DNA from: Mobula hypostoma
Taxonomy: Eukaryota
DNA length: 64,000 nucleotides
NCBI RefSeq assembly: GCF_963921235.1
Contig: NC_086108.1
Location: forward strand, 94,676,001 to 94,740,000
Direction of reading: 5' to 3'
Shown: positions 58,079 through 64,000 of the stretch, piece by piece
How the letters are laid out: each line of letters begins with the position of its first letter
Position numbering within the stretch: position 1 is the first letter of the stretch
The notes under the pieces: model-generated
The model's input: only the letters and a program-made list of their open reading frames with translations
Told to the model about the DNA's origin: nothing
The model's database searches: none
Program-made: the position numbers and the translations under genes

Positions 58079-58597
58079 CGAGGGGTGATTGATATGTTCG
58101 TGGCCTAAGGTAGGAGTCAATTTTAGAAAACCTAGCACATTTATTTTTCAACATTGTCCCCTCCTACATTTACACACTTAGTCCAGCAGTCATGGAGCAT
58201 ACGGATCTCTTCTTTGTAGAAGTCGCTGTCTTGGACCCTCAGAAAGTGGTCCACAGCAGGGGTGATTGATAAGTTCGTGGCCTAAGGTAGAAGGAGATGT
58301 TATTAACTTCAAACTTTCTGCATAATCACTCAATGAGTTGAACTGCAGTGCATGTAACGAGAGCTGTATAACTCATCTCTTTCTATCTTAGGCCATGAAC
58401 TTATCAATCACCCCTGCTGTGGACCACTTTCTGGAGGTCCAAGATGCCGACTTCTACAAAGAAGGGATCTGTATGCTCCACGACCATTGGACTAAGTGTC
58501 TAAATGTAGGAGGGGACAATGTTGAAAAATAAATGTGCTAGGTTTTCTAAAATTCACTCCTTCTGCTGTAGGCCACGAACTTATCAATCACCCCTCG
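58079..58597. mobile_element. Mariner-derived palindromic MITE
   Basis: TA|CGAGGGGTGATTGAT...ATCAATCACCCCTCG|TA; ~220-bp arms; right arm encodes AVDHFLEVQDADFYKEGICMLHDHWTKCLNVGGDNVEK* (mariner C-terminus). Confidence 0.95.
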
Positions 58598-59170
58598 TAC
58601 ACCTGTTATTTCTCTAAAAGCAAACGCCCACCAACATAAAAAAAAGTAACTTTTCAACATGTCACTTTCACAATAAGTTACCTGCATGGCACTATGAAAT
58701 TAGAGAAGATTTATTGCCATAGCTCTGCTTGGCATAAAGTCAATGTCAATGCATTTCCAACATTGTTGCATACAGTATCTCATATGAATGCTACTGGTTT
58801 CTAATTGTATCTTCATCTCAGAGTTGATTCACTTTTGTGACTGATCATGTTCAGATTCTTCAGAAATGTCATTCATACTGCAACATATGAAAATAAACCA
58901 GATAGTTGAAATTTCCAAGAATATGTAAAATACATCACCTAATCATTCTTTAGACTGAGATTTCTCAGCTATTTTGGATAATTAATGATTAAACAAGCCA
59001 TTTTAAATCAAACAGAAATTGGGGTACAAAATAGTATAGTTTCTTCCAAAGAATAAGTTAACAAAATCTTGAACGCATTTGTAATTTGCAGGGAATAGTT
59101 ACTGCTTGACAATAAGTGCACATTGTTCCACTATCAAAAAGTCTTTGCATAGGCTATATAAAACTTCTCG

Positions 59171-59422
59171 TTTCTTTTGATGTTCCTGCTCCTTTATTAA
59201 TAAAGGTCCATAAAATAGTGATTCATGTTATGTTGTCATTTCTTGGCAAACTTGTAATTTCTTTTGATCTTATTTATCTTATGTTGTTATTATAAAGTCA
59301 CAGAAAAGTACCCCTACCATCCAGGTTCCATTATATTATTTTATGTTGTCATTTCTTGTCAAACTTATCATTTCTTTTGATCTTCCTGTTCCTTTATTAA
59401 TAAAATTGAAAATAGTGATTCA
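59171..59422. repeat. Degenerate local direct repeat
   Basis: TTTCTTTTGAT.TTCCTG.TCCTTTATTAATAAA..AAATAGTGATTCA at 59171 and 59371; TTATGTTGTCATTTCTTG.CAAACTT at 59228 and 59341. Confidence 0.8.
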
Positions 59423-59589
59423 ACATTTAGTATAATACAATTTTCTACCTGTCCTGTTGTTCACTTAACTGTGGTGTACTTTGTCCATTAAATATCTAGC
59501 ATCATGTCTAGAGTTCATTTCAATTAAAACACTTAATTCTAAAATATCACATGCCTTAGCTTATCAGGACATCGTATGAAACATTACGG

Positions 59590-59772
59590 GATGAAACAGA
59601 TACCAAGCAAAAGTTGAAGAGGAGACAGGGAAGATGACTCAAGCCATTGGATAAGTACATGGATGAGAGATATTGAGGGCTATGGACCAGGTGCAGACTG
59701 ATGAAATTAGGCATAATAACAGCATGGCATAGATTGGCCAAAGGGCCTGTTTCCATGTTGTAGTGCTCTATG
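59590..59772 (+). mobile_element. CR1 3' end, old
   Basis: LDKYMD, GGCCAAAGGGCCTGTTTCC...CTCTATG tail. Confidence 0.7.
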
Positions 59773-60346
59773 AGATAAGACCAGGAATATGACTTGCCAT
59801 CAGCAGCTCAAATATGTTCTAACATCCAATGGGCTCATGACTGAGCTAAGGGTTTTAAAGGTGGTTTTTAGAAGGTAGAAAGCAATAAATTTGAAAGGAT
59901 TATATCATTGTCATTAAGGATGCAACGACAAACAAATTAAATAATTTTTCTCTCTTTTGAAGATATTAATTTCTAGCTTTTCATCCCCCCTCTTTGTAAA
60001 TTAACTATATAACTATACTTCATTATTTACTTATTGTGCCACTGAACCTCAAAAGCCTTTACCTCTGTGGACTTTTACCACAGGACAGAGGGCAATAATG
60101 GAGAACTTCGCATTGATGATCAATTTTATCACGATTTGTTGCTGCATACAAAAGGAATCAGGTGAAATGATTTTTCTTGATCCCTCGAATTTTGATATCC
60201 ATGAAAATTACAGGCAGCTTCAAGAATTGGATGGCTAGTTTGTGTTCATGTTCTTGTGTAGAAGAGAATAATTGTGGATAAAGGAAGTGGGGTTAATTAC
60301 GATTAATTAGTTAAATCAGAGGAAGGAGAGGAGCCAATGTAATTAT

Positions 60347-61440
60347 CATGACCATAAGATATAGGAGCAGAAGTAGGCCATTTGGCCCATCGAGCCTGCT
60401 CCGCCATTCAATCATGGGCTGATCCAATACTTCCAGTTATCTCCACTCCCCTGCCTTCACCCCATACCCTTTGATGCCCTGGCTAATCAAGAACCTATCT
60501 ATCTCTGCCTTAAATACACCCAATGACTTAGCCTCCACAGCCGCTTGTGGCAACAAATTCCACAGATTTACCACCCTCTGACTAAAGTAATTTCTCCGCA
60601 TCTCAGTTCTAAATGGATGTCCTTGAATCCTGAAGTCATGCTCTCTTGTTCTAGAATCCCCCACCATGGGAAATAACTTTGCCATATCTAATCTGTTCAG
60701 GCCTGTTAGCATTCGGAATGTTTCAATGAGATCCCCCCCTCATTCTCCTGAACTCCAAGGAATACAGCCCAAGAGCTGTCAGACATTCCTCATACAGTAA
60801 CCCTTTCATTCCTGGAATCATTCTCGTGACTCTTCTCTGAACCCACTCCAATGTCAGTATATCCTTTCTAAAATAAGGAGCCCAAAACTGTACACAATAC
60901 TCCAAGTGTGGTCTCACAAGTGCCTTATAGAGCCTTAACATCACACCCCTACTCTTATATTCTATACCTCTAAAAATGAATGCCAACATTGCATTCGCCT
61001 TCTTCATAACCGACTCAACCTGAAGGTTAATTTTTAGGGTATCTTGCACAAGGACTCCCAAGTCCCCTTGTATCTCTGCATTTTGAATTCTCTCTCCATC
61101 CAAGTAATAGTCTGCCCATTTATTTCTTCCACCAAAGTGCATGACCATACACTTTCCAACACTGTATTTCATTTGCCACTTCTTTGCCCATTCCCCTAAA
61201 CTATCTAATTCTCTCTGCAGGCTTTCTATTTCCTCAACACTACCCACTGCTCCACCTATTTAGCCACAAATCCATTAATCCCACAGTCCAAATCATTGAC
61301 ATGCATCGTAAAAAGCAGCGGTCCCAACACCGACCCCTGTGGACCTCCACTGGTAACCAGCAGCAAGCCAGAGTAAAATCCTTTTTAGTCCCACTCTCTG
61401 TTTTCTGCCGACCAGCCAATGCTCCACCCATGCTAGTAAT
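60347..61440 (-). mobile_element. CR1 LINE fragment (RT to tail)
   Basis: G.PQGSVLGP, KKANAMLAFI, RPHLEYC, RVVNLWN; small deletion over the ADD motif. Confidence 0.93.
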
Positions 61441-62199
61441 TACAAAGCAAGAAAAAGTGTCTCAACTAACCTCTTTCAGAAAGTCATTAAAAACAATTTA
61501 CAATCATATTTGAAACTTGCAGGCTGGAAATGCATATTTTCTATGGTTAGTAATACCTACCACAGTTGAAGAAAATGACATTTTTCAGCATATTTCATTG
61601 GCAGGGAAGAATGACTTGGTCCATTTAAGTCAGAATCATTAAGACGACAGTGGGCATTCTCCTGTCAGCAAAAAGTAATAAATACCTTACTTAAAATAAT
61701 AAAAGCAGGTTCAGGTTCAATAGCAATAAAAGTGTAAGAATATTAATGTAAATAAACATTAGAAATACAGTGCAGTTTAATTAAAACTGGCATCTCAATA
61801 ACTTTTGTTGAAATCATTTTCTAGCAGTTCTTTAAATCTAAATGTTTGTAACAATAATCTGCAGCCTGAAAAGACGACAGATATCATGATTCAGCAGATA
61901 TCCATTACAAATGGCCTACACCCTCTCTGTTGCTGTGATAACTTCATACCAACCAGAAATGCAAACCGAGTTTAAAAGATGTGTGGGAAGCAAAGGTAAA
62001 GTAAGTTTTAAAATATAGGATAAAAGTCTGGGTGAAATTAAAAGAAGCTTGAGAAAAAGAGCCCAGTGAACTTTAAAGGAATGCAGGAAACAGAGTTCCT
62101 GTGAGTTTATATAAGCAGCAACAGGATTAAAGTAACTCCACTGGGGTAAGTAAAACAGTAAGTAATCTTATAGCAATAATATGTAATAGTATTTATAGT

Positions 62200-62930
62200 A
62201 ATAATATTTTATTCTCTCTCTTGGTTGAGATAATTTAATACACAGGGGTACTTCAGATCTGTGAAATGCATGGCTTGTGCATACAGCAACTCAAGATGCT
62301 TCCACCTCCTGGATACTGACAGGCAGAGGAAGTGTTGCACTTGGAACAGCTCCAGCTGTAGGTTTTGGAGATGAGTAACATCTGACATCAATCACAAAAC
62401 TGATCATTTCAGGGAGTGGCACCTTGCAGCTAACAAGAGTGCAGGAAAAGGGAATTGACGACTGTCAAACAGACAAAAATGATCAAGCTAGTAGGTATTT
62501 ATCTCCCTGAGCAACACTCAATCTCAAAACTGCTGGGGGAAATGCACACAGACAAGGAAGCCAGAGCCAAGACCAAAATACAATGGGTGGCTCATCTCTA
62601 CATGGGGATGAAGGGAGTAGAGAGAAGGGAAAAGAGAGGACAACAGACAGCATTTCTGTAGTTTTAGAAAAATCCTGTAGAGGAACAGCAAACAGCCAGA
62701 GGTTGTAGCCCACACCAGTATTAATAACAAAAAAAGGGAATAAGGCTCAGAAGGCACACTTTAAGGAGTAAGGAGAGAGATCTCAAAAGCAGAAATCTCC
62801 AGATTATTCATTGTGTCATGATGCAGTGAGTATTGAAATGGGAGGAGAAATATAACTATATCCATTGAGGTTATTTCCTGTTTGGAGGCATGTATGCAGT
62901 AAATTGCCAGACTTAACCAAGCTCAAAATC
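62200..62930 (+). pseudogene. Very decayed CR1 ORF1 (zinc-finger/esterase-type) remnant
   Basis: RKC..LEQLQL.VLE coiled-coil-like stretch and QPEVVAH...N (cf. QPEVVVHIGTND) at ~62690-62730. Confidence 0.5.
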
Positions 62931-62951
62931 AGATTTATTGACACTGACATA

Positions 62952-64000
62952 CAGTATTGTGTAAAAGTCTGTCTTAGACACCCTAGATTTTTAAAATAAA
63001 TTTTGTTTTAGATGTTTATTTTTTTGTCTTTGCATTAGTATGCAAGTACATAAGAGCAAATTTTAGATTTCCAAACATTCATTTTCCAAAAAATTAAATG
63101 TTAGACAAATTTTTGTATTTCATTAAAGAAAGCACCATATTAAGTAATAGACCACTTTTTAAATTAAAAACTTGATTACTTTGTAGCCCAGTGCATGATT
63201 AAATGAAGATAACAAACAGGTGCTAATGATCAATGACAATGAGTTGAATGAACTAAACTGATTAACTGAAACAGAAACAATCGGAAATAGAAGGAATTAA
63301 GCTAGACGAAGGACAACCAAATGAAAAGGTGAGGGTGTGGCAGATGTAACAGTTTAACCTTCAAATCATCAATTCTTACACCATAACAAGAATGAGCATA
63401 GCGACAAGACACAAGGTGGACATCCTGCATCAACAAGGTCTTTCCCAAGTAGAAATTTCACAGCAGACAGGAGTTTCCAGATGTGCTGTCTCAGCTCTTC
63501 TGAAGAAGCACAAAGAAATGGGCAAGGTTGAGGACCACCAGAAACGCAGTGGTCTGCCACAGAAACTGAATACAGCAGATAAGAGATACATTAAACTGAT
63601 GTCCTTTCTACATTGGATGAAGTCCAGGACTGCTGTCAGCTCTGAACTCACAGAAACAACTGGAACCCAAGAACAACCCTCTACAGGAGTAGTCTTCAAC
63701 AGAAGAATCAACAACAGAAGAGTTGTTGCTAAAAATCCATTCCTCCGAATGGGAAAGAAAGCCAAGAGACTTACCCAAGCATAAAAAACAGAAGGAATGG
63801 TGTGCTGAATGATGGCAGCAAGTGTTCTGGACTGATGAGTCAAAATTTGAAATTTTTGGCTCAAACAGGAGGCAGTCTGCCTGAAAAAGAACTAGAGAGT
63901 GCTACATGGATGAGTGTCTGCAGCCAAGAGTGAAGCATAGCAGACGATTTATGCATGTTTGGGGATGCATTTCTGCAAATGGACCTGGTGATCTGGTCAG
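62952..64000 (+). mobile_element. Tc1-family transposon, disrupted transposase, runs off window end
   Basis: TA|CAGTATTGTGTAAAAGT terminus; paired-like HTH in ORF 63392-63784; WTDESKFEIF at ~63827; VKH....VWGCIS at the end. Confidence 0.92.

Noticed and set aside
58682..58877. Minus-strand exon with good acceptor and donor
   Set aside because: Stops in all three frames.
60084..60161. Plus-strand mini-exon (TEGNNGELRIDDQFYHDLLLHTKGI)
   Set aside because: Weak donor (GTGAAA); an open frame this short is expected by chance.
63831..63850. CTGATGA as a hammerhead core (also at ~12064 and ~15354)
   Set aside because: No stem II or GAAA; these fall in Tc1 WTDE codons, Rex1 sequence or unique DNA.

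Overview
Eukaryotic, repeat-saturated vertebrate DNA, most likely from a cartilaginous fish (shark/ray). That assignment is inferred only from the repeat mix: several CR1 families, Rex1/Babar, V-SINEs with CR1 tails, a DeuSINE, and abundant Penelope-like elements (PLEs). I found no host protein-coding gene, rRNA, true tRNA or CRISPR array. Essentially every long ORF in the track is a retroelement or transposase fragment or its antisense shadow. The window contains decayed, often nested CR1, Rex1, RTE, L1 and RLE-type (HERO/NeSL-like) LINEs, PLEs, SINEs, two nested solo LTRs, and hAT, Tc1 and mariner DNA transposon derivatives. The most notable features are RNA structures. (i) Minimal type-I hammerhead ribozymes in PLE pseudo-LTRs: two have an intact core (8332-8367 and 37337-37372, minus strand) and there is an age series of CpG-decayed copies. 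(ii) Tiny fold-back PLE-end insertions with their own target-site duplications (TSDs). (iii) A multi-stem RNA at the 5' end of an RTE element. Several template-switch products are also visible. Family names come from motif recognition by eye, not database searches, and boundaries of old fragments are approximate.
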